Below, piece by piece: positions 1-8,483 of a stretch of DNA of 62,384 nucleotides (the first letter of the stretch is position 1; each line of letters begins with the position of its first letter). The stretch is from contig JANWZJ010000007.1 in the NCBI GenBank assembly GCA_025054525.1, positions 1-62,384 of the forward strand, given 5' to 3'. The stretch comes from Bacteroidia bacterium (GTDB taxonomy: Bacteria > Bacteroidota > Bacteroidia > SpSt-205). The notes beneath the pieces were generated by a model. The model was not told the origin of the DNA and searched no databases. It saw nothing but the letters and a program-made list of their open reading frames with translations. The position numbers were made by a program, and so were the translations under genes.

Positions 1-263
1 TAGGTAAGGTATAAGTTCATGAGCAGCTGCCATAACTAAGGGAACTTTGCCTAAACAGGACTAATCCCAAATATACACTAAACCTGCCTTCTGAGGGCTT
101 CTCTTGTTGGTAGAGGGCCTCCTTTATCACAGAGCTGAATAGTCCTTCAAAGTAGAGTTCCGTACTTCTTATATCTAATAGGGCGGTGGACAGCAGCTTA
201 GGTTGGTCGTCAGCATGGAGGCCCTAGCTCTACCCCTCTCATAGAAGAGAGCTAGTCCCTGCC

Positions 264-271
264 TATCTTTG
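264..271 (+). promoter_or_regulatory. Bacteroidota-type -7 promoter box (TAtcTTTG) upstream of the R-M gene pair
   Basis: Exact TAnnTTTG match 15 nt upstream of the ATG at 287. The TTG at 269 used as start by the ORF track lies inside this box. Confidence 0.45.
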
Positions 272-286
272 TATCCGATACGCCTT

Positions 287-922
287 ATGAATGAAAACCT
301 TCGCAAACTCATCCAACTATATGCTACAGAGTCGTCTGCTCAGGTAGAAGCGTTTCTATCTGATTTATCTAAGCCTTCGCTCAAAGCACTTCTTTTAGAC
401 CTACTCACTCTATACTTCAACGATAAAAATTCCTCTTACCTTCGGGAACTGGCTACTCTCTATGTGGCTGGCTACGAGCCCATACAAGGAAAGTTAGGCT
501 ATAATGGCTATCGGATGGCGGCAGATGGCACGCGTCAGGATTGTGAAGTCAAACCTCAAAATACCGACAACCCCCGCAAAAAACTCAATGGCGGAGGTAG
601 CTTTAACGATTATACCCTTGAAAGGTTTGAGAAGGACAGAGAACAAGCACCACAACTGCTAATAGCGGGGTTTGTGCAAGGTAAGCTGCTGTATGTGTTG
701 GAAGTGCCTTTCCGCTGTATTGAGCCACGTTTAGGGCAGGTACTGGCAAAGCGCTTTCCTTCGGGTAAAAGGGGCAAAGGTGAATATCTCCGCTCTGCTT
801 CCTTCACATATAGAGACTACCAATCCTGCCAAGAAGTAGCGCTTAGGTTCCTTGATCCGGCTATTCGGCAGTTTAGCGCTTATCTGGCGAAGGGATTTTT
901 TGATTACCTTCACACTCTGTAA
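287..922 (+). CDS. Putative type II restriction endonuclease (uncharacterised family), partner of the downstream methyltransferase
   Basis: ORF ends 2 nt before the methyltransferase start on the same strand. It contains a tentative PD-(D/E)XK-like element, AADGTRQDCEVK. I recognise no other family. Start moved from TTG 269 to the in-frame ATG 287 (MNENLRKL). Confidence 0.5.
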   Translation: MNENLRKLIQLYATESSAQVEAFLSDLSKPSLKALLLDLLTLYFNDKNSSYLRELATLYVAGYEPIQGKLGYNGYRMAADGTRQDCEVKPQNTDNPRKKLNGGGSFNDYTLERFEKDREQAPQLLIAGFVQGKLLYVLEVPFRCIEPRLGQVLAKRFPSGKRGKGEYLRSASFTYRDYQSCQEVALRFLDPAIRQFSAYLAKGFFDYLHTL

Positions 923-924
923 CT

Positions 925-1722
925 ATGAGAAGTCTGCCCTTGGGTCAAGTGATATGCGGTGATGTATTAGAGGTTCTGAGAACTTTTCCTGACAGCTCCA
1001 TAGACTTGGTCATTACTTCACCCCCCTACAATAAGAAAGAGAAGTATGGCGGCTGGCTTGTGGAAAAGGTCATTTATGCGGGGGCAAAAGACCACATGGA
1101 GGAAGCGGCATATCAAGCCTGGCAGCTCGCTGTACTTCAGGAGCTCTATAGGGTGGTAAAGCCTACGGGCAGCTTATTCTACAATCACAAGGTGCGGTAT
1201 GAGGAAGGTAAGCTCATTCATCCGATGGAGTGGCTTCTGCACAGTCCATGGCAGATTTGGCAGGAGATTATATGGCATCGTAAGATTGCTGGAAATATAC
1301 GGGGTTGGCGTTTTTGGAGCGTGGATGAACGCATTTACTGGCTTGTGCGGCAGCGTCCGCCCGAGTTAGCCCCCGCCCATGCTAAATTCACTTCTGTCTG
1401 GGAGCTGCGCCCTGAACCAGGACACAAACAACATCCAGCGGTATTTCCCTTAGAACTGCCTGCTCGGATTATTCTCTCTATCTTAGAAGACAGCTCAGGG
1501 GTGGTATTAGACCCATTTTGTGGAACGGGTACGACCTTAGTAGCAGCAAAACTTTTAGGCAAATCTTACATCGGCATAGATATTAGTCCAGAATATGCAG
1601 CCTACGCTCAGCAGCGGCTGGCGCAGGCGGAGAAGGAGCGGCAGCGCCTTTACCAAGAAGTGCTGCGCCATCAGATAGAGCTCACTTTTGCCGAGAGGAA
1701 AGCTAAAGGGTATTGGGGCTGA
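925..1722 (+). CDS. Beta-class amino-DNA methyltransferase (N4-cytosine or N6-adenine), type II R-M
   Basis: Motif IV SPPY (DLVITSPPYNKK) is near the N-terminus and the AdoMet motif I FxGxG (LDPFCGTGTT) is near the C-terminus. The IV-before-I order defines the beta class. Confidence 0.9.
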   Translation: MRSLPLGQVICGDVLEVLRTFPDSSIDLVITSPPYNKKEKYGGWLVEKVIYAGAKDHMEEAAYQAWQLAVLQELYRVVKPTGSLFYNHKVRYEEGKLIHPMEWLLHSPWQIWQEIIWHRKIAGNIRGWRFWSVDERIYWLVRQRPPELAPAHAKFTSVWELRPEPGHKQHPAVFPLELPARIILSILEDSSGVVLDPFCGTGTTLVAAKLLGKSYIGIDISPEYAAYAQQRLAQAEKERQRLYQEVLRHQIELTFAERKAKGYWG

Positions 1723-1812
1723 GGTTTGTCAATGTTGAGTAAGAGCTTTCTATCTGCTCACCTTAAGCTCACTTTACTTAGTGGGAGCTTTTGACACTTC
1801 GTAAATCGTTGC

Positions 1813-2832
1813 CTAAACCTTCTCCAAAGCGGGAAGGATGGTAGTAGGGTCTAAATATTCGCCTACATACTCAGGGTTGGAAATGTAGCGAATAATCCCC
1901 TCTTTATCTATCAAGTAAGCGGTAGGAATGGTAATCCCTGTATCATAACCGGCAATCGTTTTCTGCAGAAGAGGATTCTGGTATAGACTACCATAGAGAT
2001 TGGATACATGGTGGTCCTTATCGGAGAGGACTTGTATGGAGGCATGAAGGCGTTCTATCATGTCTTTATGGACCGAAGGAGGGTCTGGTGAAATGGTCAG
2101 AATAACTACCCCCTTTTCAGTAAACTTATCTTTATATCTTCCATAGACACGCAGAGTCATATGGCACGCCGGGCACCAGTCGCCCCGCACGAAAAGCAAA
2201 AGTACTGGGTTTCGGCCCCTGTAATCTGAGAGACGATGGATTTGGCCTTCGGCATCGGGAAGAGCAAAATCTGGAGCCACATCACCTACCTTGAGCGAGG
2301 AAGGTTTGCCCGAGCGGACCGCTTTCCGTATGAGCACGCCATCTTGGGAGTATCCCAACGCCAGTACCGCCCCAGGGATCGCTGCTAAGAAAGCCGACCA
2401 AGGAACAATCCCACTCAAAAACTGCATTTTCACCAGGAGCCCAAGAGCAATCCCAAGCAGTACTGCTTCTAACCACAAATACCGAATATAAGTGAGAACA
2501 TACATATATTGTTGGCGCAGCGTCAGGGTCATGGCCAGTAATATCCCCGCCGGTACCCCATAATACAGCTTATGACCCCAAGGATGAGGTAAGCTAAGTA
2601 TTAGAAGGGGGTATCCGATGTAAGCAGCAGCATATTGGAGCGGGCCAGTAAAACGCGCAAAATCTACGGCAATCAAGAGGATTCCCACCCCAGCTCCCCA
2701 TATAGTGTAAGCAGCATAAGGTGAATCTAAGAGAGTGGCCCCCAGCGCTATGATTTGTAAGGAAAGCCCTACATAAGTGCCCAGGGGAAATTGGAGTAGC
2801 TTACGCATGATTAGAGTTAGGACTAAACTCAA
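1813..2832 (-). CDS. Membrane-anchored thioredoxin-fold redoxin (AhpC/TSA family)
   Basis: The N-terminal ~170 aa form several hydrophobic helices. The C-terminal domain carries FVRGDWCPACH (a CxxC-type redoxin motif). An alternative start at ATG 2808 would overlap the upstream stop by 8 nt. Confidence 0.75.
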   Translation of the reverse strand: MSLVLTLIMRKLLQFPLGTYVGLSLQIIALGATLLDSPYAAYTIWGAGVGILLIAVDFARFTGPLQYAAAYIGYPLLILSLPHPWGHKLYYGVPAGILLAMTLTLRQQYMYVLTYIRYLWLEAVLLGIALGLLVKMQFLSGIVPWSAFLAAIPGAVLALGYSQDGVLIRKAVRSGKPSSLKVGDVAPDFALPDAEGQIHRLSDYRGRNPVLLLFVRGDWCPACHMTLRVYGRYKDKFTEKGVVILTISPDPPSVHKDMIERLHASIQVLSDKDHHVSNLYGSLYQNPLLQKTIAGYDTGITIPTAYLIDKEGIIRYISNPEYVGEYLDPTTILPALEKV

Positions 2833-3991
2833 TCCCCACTACAAGTATATCATCTACTTGCTGAATTGCCCCTTTCCACTTCTCCAGGAAATCTACTAAA
2901 GCCTCTTTTTGCTGGGAAAGGGAAAGGGTGGCAGTCTCTTGGATAACTTTTTTGAACCTTCCTACGGTTAGCTTCCGTTGGCTGGGGCCACCTATTTGGG
3001 AGGGATAACCGTCTGTGGATAAAATAATACGCTTAATCTGGCTTAGCTTCAGGGTATAATCATTCCACTGGTAATCTGGTGCAGTAGAACCTCCTAAGGA
3101 ATGGCGGTCTCCTTTGTGTTCATGCAGCTCTCCTCCCGATAGATACCACAGGGGTCTGCCAGCCGAAGCCCATATTAGCGAGTCCTCCTCCTTATCTACA
3201 CAAATGAGGATAGCCTCTGCTCCATCTTTTGTTTTGCTTGGGTCCAAAGCGCTGTACAAACAACAGTGAATGTACTGGAGGAGGTTGCTGGGCTGAGGGG
3301 AGGGAAAGCGTTGGAAGCCTTGTTGTAGAAAGGCTAGGGTTAGCATTACCATCATCGCTCCAGAGACCCCATGACCCGTACAATCCCCGACAAAAAAGTA
3401 TTGGCGACCTGATTTTTCCCCTACCCAGTAAAAGTCCCCACTGACTATACGGCTAGGCTGATAAAGCACAAAATTGCTAGGAAACAGGGCAGCCACTTCC
3501 TGAGGAGTGGGCAAAGCAGCCGTCTGGAGGCGATGAGCATATTCTACATTCTCTATAATCTGTCTATTTTGTTCTTCTATGAGCTGTTGGAGACGAAGCC
3601 GTTCTCTTATGTCTCGTATGTATAAAATAGCAGCTGGCTGCTTAGAGAAGGGCCCCACACGAACGCTAAGTTCTACGGGTATGATGGCTCCTAACTTGTG
3701 CTTAAGCTTGAGTTCAATACAGGAAGCGCCCCCCTTTTCCCATGCATCGGCTATTTTTTCTGCGCTATACCCCAGCATTTCAGGAAGGCAAATCTTTGCA
3801 AAGCTCAATCCCAATAGTTCAGCGGGGGTGTAGCCTACCAGCGTCTCAATAGCGGGATTAGCATAGAGTATCCCTCCAGTAGCGACATGAACTACTAATA
3901 TGCTATCTTGAGCACCTTCCACTATTTCATCAAAGGGGACGCCTTTGGGAGAAAAGAGACTATCACTAACTTTTTTCCAAATCTCCTTCAT
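2801..3991 (-). CDS. PAS-domain sensor fused to a PP2C/SpoIIE-type serine phosphatase
   Basis: N-terminal PAS-like region (ILVVHVATGGILYANPAIETLVGYTPAELLG). C-terminal SpoIIE signature (SGDFYW, FFVGDCTGHGVSGAMM, DDILVVGIEF). Confidence 0.85.
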   Translation of the reverse strand: MKEIWKKVSDSLFSPKGVPFDEIVEGAQDSILVVHVATGGILYANPAIETLVGYTPAELLGLSFAKICLPEMLGYSAEKIADAWEKGGASCIELKLKHKLGAIIPVELSVRVGPFSKQPAAILYIRDIRERLRLQQLIEEQNRQIIENVEYAHRLQTAALPTPQEVAALFPSNFVLYQPSRIVSGDFYWVGEKSGRQYFFVGDCTGHGVSGAMMVMLTLAFLQQGFQRFPSPQPSNLLQYIHCCLYSALDPSKTKDGAEAILICVDKEEDSLIWASAGRPLWYLSGGELHEHKGDRHSLGGSTAPDYQWNDYTLKLSQIKRIILSTDGYPSQIGGPSQRKLTVGRFKKVIQETATLSLSQQKEALVDFLEKWKGAIQQVDDILVVGIEFSPNSNHA

Positions 3992-4035
3992 AAAAGCGGC
4001 AGGCTGTTTAAAGGTATTCAGTTTCCTTCCCTAAA

Positions 4036-4043
4036 CAAATATA
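4036..4043 (-). promoter_or_regulatory. -7 promoter box (TAtaTTTG) for the PAS-SpoIIE gene
   Basis: The reverse complement of caaatata is an exact TAnnTTTG match, 44 nt upstream of the ATG at 3991. Confidence 0.4.
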
Positions 4044-4240
4044 GCTCGGCGTCATGCTTCTCAGAAGAGGGTGGGATAAGACTAGTACGCGATCATACAT
4101 GGAGATAGAAGGTTTTTACACAGAGTTATGCTCTGGGATTAGGATAATGTCCTCGTTGGTAGGCTCTGTAGTGAATACAATCTGAGTGTTTTAGGTAGGA
4201 GAATCCTTGGTATAGCTGTTTTGGAGAAAAATTCGGAATA

Positions 4241-4275
4241 ACAAGGGGGATAGGTTTGCCCTATCCCCCCCTTGT
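4241..4275 (-). terminator. Strong imperfect hairpin, possibly a terminator for a minus-strand transcript crossing the 3992..5743 gap
   Basis: acaagggggatagg / tttgc / cctat-ccccccc-ttgt forms a ~14-bp stem with a 2-nt C bulge. On the minus strand it is followed by TTATTCCGAATTTTTC. A TAggTTTG string lies inside it on the plus strand. Confidence 0.3.
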
Positions 4276-4663
4276 AGAAGAACTTAAGCTTCTTTTACCT
4301 ACTCTACGGCGAGCCAGTGCATCTCTACACAGCTTGCTGAGTTATGAAATACTGATAGAAAGCGGGCTCGGAAATGCACAGCGATAAGGCAGTCACTTTG
4401 CCTTAGGAACTGCTCCCAGAACTAGAGCTCTAAGTGCATGTCGTAAAATTTTCCTTATAGTTATTGCTTGCGTCCCTTTTTACCCCTTATAGGATCGTAC
4501 TGATGTAACATTGGCTTCCGTTTCTGTGGCACAGTATGACCTTAATTGCATCAAAACTCTTGGTAAAGATTACATATCGGACAGATACCGGCCGCGGGTG
4601 TGTAGCTTCATGCCCATTGGGCTGAGGCAAGCGAAAAAGAGCACCCCCTCAGCTTTAGTGAGA

Positions 4664-5402
4664 CTAGATAGAGCTTACTTTCACTGAGCGAAACGTAGGG
4701 GCACCCGAGGCCCTGAAACTAGCCAGTTCTCCTACCTCTTCATAAAAGCTTAGATACTTAGGAAGGTTCTTTGAGTCTGAGCTTGGCTTCACCCTGCAGG
4801 GATTTGTCCTCCTAAGAGGATTTGGCCTCCCATCCAAGGGTGCCCATGACACCCCTCCCTCTTCATGCAAAATAGAGGGAAGAAACGGTTCTACGCCTTT
4901 GTCTCGTGTCTGTTTGAGGAATTCTGTGAAGCCGCCTTCCCACCCCCTTTCCTTGGCAAGAAAATTCTATATCGGCCTACTGGATGAGAATCCGCAATCA
5001 GGTGCCGTCGGTGATTCACCCGTACTCTGTGCGTTCGCTTCGCTGAAACCCCACAATGAGTCCATTTGTAGTCCCCGTAGTTTCCTCCCAAAGCGTGCGC
5101 ACTTGTAGGCCGCTGCTCAGAATCCTTTGGAAGGGTAGGTCCCGGGTGAATCGCCAAGCCTCTCTTACAGGAATATAGCGCTGTTGGGCTTCGGAAAACC
5201 ATTCTCGGGTCTCGGCTTGCCATACGGACGGAGGCAGTCCTACTATTTGAAGAGTCTGAAATCCTGCTACCTCCGTGAAGCCTCGCTTTGAGGGCATGCG
5301 TCCCGTCAAATAGCCATACCTACTTCGCATCCCTGTATTCCACACAAACGCATGGCGCGGCGTGTAGAAGTTTTCAGCTGGCTGAAAAATGCCCTCACCC
5401 AT
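4664..5402 (-). other. Consecutive short minus-strand ORFs in three different frames; either a decayed gene or non-coding sequence
   Basis: ORFs 5402..5016, 5223..4891 and 4870..4664 follow each other on the same strand in different frames. I recognise no family in any of them. Confidence 0.2.
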
Positions 5403-5715
5403 AAGAAATCGCTGGGGCGTTCCTACGGCGCCTGCCCCTTAGAGGAGCAGGCCTAAAGGGTTAGAGGCACCTTGCATCTGCAGACGGCATGTGACGCACA
5501 AGTCCGATTTTACGCAGATAGAAAAATACGGCTGATCTGGCTGCGCCTCTGGGTACCATAGAGACCTACCAGCTGCAGCCTATATTTATCTATACGGGCA
5601 GCGACAGCCTCTCTCCATCTTTAGTTTTGCGGGATTCAAAAACTATGCAAGCTACGATGGATATATTAGAGGAGATAAATAGGGCGGGGGATGGAGAACG
5701 CTGAAATCCCTATTA

Positions 5716-5723
5716 CAAATATA
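5716..5723 (-). promoter_or_regulatory. Candidate -7 box (TAtaTTTG) pointing into the gene-free region
   Basis: The reverse complement of caaatata is an exact TAnnTTTG match, 21 nt downstream of the glpD stop and oriented toward 5402..4241. It could be a chance hit. Confidence 0.25.
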
Positions 5724-5743
5724 GTCTCTATAGGCTGTGGCTG

Positions 5744-7150
5744 TCAGTGGGTATGTATTTGGAAGTTATGGAGTGCCTTCAGCATGTCCTGTGCTCGTCT
5801 TTGGTCTATGAAGGGTAACAGCCACCGTCCTTCTACAATGTCGTAAGGGTGTGCGCCCCACCCTTCCCTCTGCCAAAAATAGAGCTCGCCCTCGGTGTAT
5901 GGCAAGGAGGACAGGATAGGCTGGGCATACTGACTACGCAGTCTATGAAGGGGAGAGAGGTCGGGTTCAATAGAGCTTACGGGTTCGCCAGTGGGGAGGG
6001 AAATATCCAGCATCTGGGCAGCAGTGCGTAAAGCGTCTTCACCCATCGCACGGAAGGTAGTCCATTTACCGCCCATAAGGTTGACCAGCCGGTACTCTTT
6101 CCAGACTTCTACTACATGACTGCGGGCAAGTCGGGCAGTGGAGGTGGCTTTAGCCGCTACTAGTGGGCGCAAGCCAGCAAACCGAGCCACCACAGGTACT
6201 TCCTCTATGTCAAAGTAAGACCGCATATATTCAGTCAGATAAGCCTCTTCTTCGGGAGGCACACCGGGACGGTTCTCAGGAGAGGCTACTTCTACCTCGG
6301 TAGTTCCCACGAGGATAGTTTCTTCTAACCATGGCAGTACAAAAAGAATCCTGCCGTCTTTTGTTCGTGGGATTAGAAAACCCTCCTGAATAGGAAGCGC
6401 AGTAGCAGGCACAACGATGTGGCTACCCCGACTTAGGCGCATGCGAGATGGGGCCTGGGGATTTGCTTGCTTTCGGAGTTCATCCGCCCAGGGGCCTGCG
6501 GCACTGATAAGCACATCAGCTTCTTCGGTGTAACTAAGCCCCTCTTCGGTTTGTACTTTTACCTCTGTGCCTTGGGACCGAGGGTGAATGCCTACGACTC
6601 GGTGATAAGTGCGTATTTCTACACCATATCGCTGCTTGAGGAAGAGGGCTAAATGTACCGCATAGAGTCTATCCATGAACTGCCCATCGTAATAGCGCCA
6701 TCCGCCGATGAAGCCCTTTTTGAGTTGGGGAAAAATCGCATAAAGCTCATCCCGTTCTATCCACTGCGTGGCTTTCAGGCGATAGGGATAGCTGAGGTAA
6801 TCATACAGCTTGAGACCTGTTCCATAGTAGGCTTTTTCACCTAAACTTCGGACAGGTAAAACAATCGGAAGCGTCCAACAGAGGGAAGAATGGCTTTGTA
6901 GCATCCAGGCTCGTTCGCGTAAGGCTTCTCGCACCAGCTGCCAATCAGCCCAGCTTAGGTGCTTCAGCGCATTCTCTAAATAGCGCACCCCGCCGTGAAT
7001 GAGCTTGGTAGAGGCGGAGGAGGTGCCACCAGCAATATCTCCTGCATCTAATACAAGTACTTTCCAACCTCTGCGGGCAGCGGCTAAGGCTGTACCTAAT
7101 CCACTACTGCCGGCTCCGATGATGACGAGCTTCGGCTGCCATTGCTTCAT
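5744..7150 (-). CDS. glpD: FAD-dependent glycerol-3-phosphate dehydrogenase
   Basis: N-terminal FAD fold VIIGAGSSGLGTALAAARRGWKVLVLD followed by GGTSSASTKLIHGGVRYLE, typical of GlpD-type oxidoreductases. Length is 468 aa. Confidence 0.88.
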   Translation of the reverse strand: MKQWQPKLVIIGAGSSGLGTALAAARRGWKVLVLDAGDIAGGTSSASTKLIHGGVRYLENALKHLSWADWQLVREALRERAWMLQSHSSLCWTLPIVLPVRSLGEKAYYGTGLKLYDYLSYPYRLKATQWIERDELYAIFPQLKKGFIGGWRYYDGQFMDRLYAVHLALFLKQRYGVEIRTYHRVVGIHPRSQGTEVKVQTEEGLSYTEEADVLISAAGPWADELRKQANPQAPSRMRLSRGSHIVVPATALPIQEGFLIPRTKDGRILFVLPWLEETILVGTTEVEVASPENRPGVPPEEEAYLTEYMRSYFDIEEVPVVARFAGLRPLVAAKATSTARLARSHVVEVWKEYRLVNLMGGKWTTFRAMGEDALRTAAQMLDISLPTGEPVSSIEPDLSPLHRLRSQYAQPILSSLPYTEGELYFWQREGWGAHPYDIVEGRWLLPFIDQRRAQDMLKALHNFQIHTH

Positions 7151-8483
7151 ATGTGCCTATGATTATCGTATAGAAGAAGATTAGCCCAGGCATTCTATAG
7201 CGAACTAAATTACCAAAGTTGCCAGAGGTCAAACCCGTCATAAAGAGGAAGGTTATACTATATATGATAAAAGGCCATCCGAATGGGCTGTTAAATATCT
7301 TGATGAATAGTTTGAGGAGGCCGTACTTAGTCATCCTCAGCAGTATATATATGAGAAAGATAGTTCCCTCTAAGCTGGATATGAATATCACGAACTTCCA
7401 CGACTCCCATAGAAGCGGCCGGAATGCCCCTGTGAAAAAGGCAATTGGGAACTTCTGTAATACACCCAAAAGAGTGGGGGAGAATTCTCCTATATCATAT
7501 CTGCTTCCTCCTGTTTCTCCATAATATACCTCATTACGAGTTAGGTCATACTGTACGACCTGAGCATAGTTAAGTATGTTATCCAAGCTATATTTAGACT
7601 GGCTTTCTGACACATAAATAATGCCGTATGCAGAGACTATCAATCCCACTACAAGAAAAAACCAGTAGAATGTGTAGTACACTACATTTCTCTTGGCTTT
7701 ATCTACATACCTTGTTACATAAGAGAGAGCTATGGAGGGAGTAATACTCATTATGACGTAGGGTTTTATGATAGATGTCAGATAGAATGTAGGAATCCCA
7801 GCGATATACCCCCAAACCGATTTCGGATAAAAGATTAGTTTCTCTAATGTGTAGAGTAGCATGATGAGTACTACTGCTTCCTTGAAGGGGAGAGATATCC
7901 AAGTAATCACTGAAGGTGAAAATATAAATGGGAAAGCCAAATAGTAACCTGCTTCTGGATATATATTCTTCAAGCTCTGATAAAACCGAAAGAAAACGAG
8001 AAAGGATAGCGTAGCAAAGAGTACGATAGAGGGATGAATAAACCCCATAGATAGAATCACGAAAGGCATGTATAAGACGGGTACAGTTGCAGTGGCGGGG
8101 TCGTTCATGTAAGTAATGCCTATCCTGTAGGAGTACCATAGGTATGCAAACTCAGGCCTTTTCAGATGAAAGTCCACAAAGTCGTGATATATTACTGAAT
8201 GAAAGAAGTATTCTATCGTAGTGCCTGGTGCATGGAATAGTGAGGAATAGAGTGAGAGAGAGTCGCTTATGAAGTTGATGACGTCCCCGCCTCCATAATA
8301 AAGCCGATAAAAGTGATAGATGCTGACGCCCCCGATGACTCTCAGCAACCATCCATAAAAAGCTATTTTTCTATCATTTGGGGAAAGATGAGGGTACATT
8401 CGTCTAATAATGATAACATACAGGATAGCAGCATAGAAGGCTGATAGAGCGATATCCGTAAAGAACACTGCGTATTCTAACAT
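7104..8483 (-). CDS. Polytopic integral membrane protein of unknown function (Wzy/GT-C-like by architecture only)
   Basis: 459-aa ORF with about 11-12 hydrophobic segments, very rich in F/Y/I. It is markedly AT-rich relative to both neighbours. Function was not identified from motifs. Confidence 0.7.
   Translation of the reverse strand: MLEYAVFFTDIALSAFYAAILYVIIIRRMYPHLSPNDRKIAFYGWLLRVIGGVSIYHFYRLYYGGGDVINFISDSLSLYSSLFHAPGTTIEYFFHSVIYHDFVDFHLKRPEFAYLWYSYRIGITYMNDPATATVPVLYMPFVILSMGFIHPSIVLFATLSFLVFFRFYQSLKNIYPEAGYYLAFPFIFSPSVITWISLPFKEAVVLIMLLYTLEKLIFYPKSVWGYIAGIPTFYLTSIIKPYVIMSITPSIALSYVTRYVDKAKRNVVYYTFYWFFLVVGLIVSAYGIIYVSESQSKYSLDNILNYAQVVQYDLTRNEVYYGETGGSRYDIGEFSPTLLGVLQKFPIAFFTGAFRPLLWESWKFVIFISSLEGTIFLIYILLRMTKYGLLKLFIKIFNSPFGWPFIIYSITFLFMTGLTSGNFGNLVRYRMPGLIFFYTIIIGTYEAMAAEARHHRSRQ

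Noticed and set aside
4251-4258. Plus-strand TAggTTTG promoter-like box inside the 4241..4275 hairpin.
   Set aside because: It lies in the stem-loop itself, and nothing recognisable follows on the plus strand. With ~30 chance hits expected in the window, this one has no positional support.
5016-5402. The FYTPRH string in the 128-aa ORF resembles the FYTP(R) element upstream of motif I in gamma-class N6-adenine methyltransferases (HsdM / type IIG). This hinted at a decayed R-M gene.
   Set aside because: No AdoMet-binding motif (D/E-P-x-x-G-x-G) or NPPY/F motif follows in any frame. A five-residue match is within chance, so the region is reported only as unexplained.
7219-8352. Alternative-frame ORFs inside the AT-rich membrane gene (7219..7524 +, 7699..8139 -, 8152..8352 -).
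   Set aside because: AT-rich sequence with biased stop-codon distribution generates such ORFs. The 459-aa frame is continuous, strongly hydrophobic with regular TM periodicity, and spans the whole interval.
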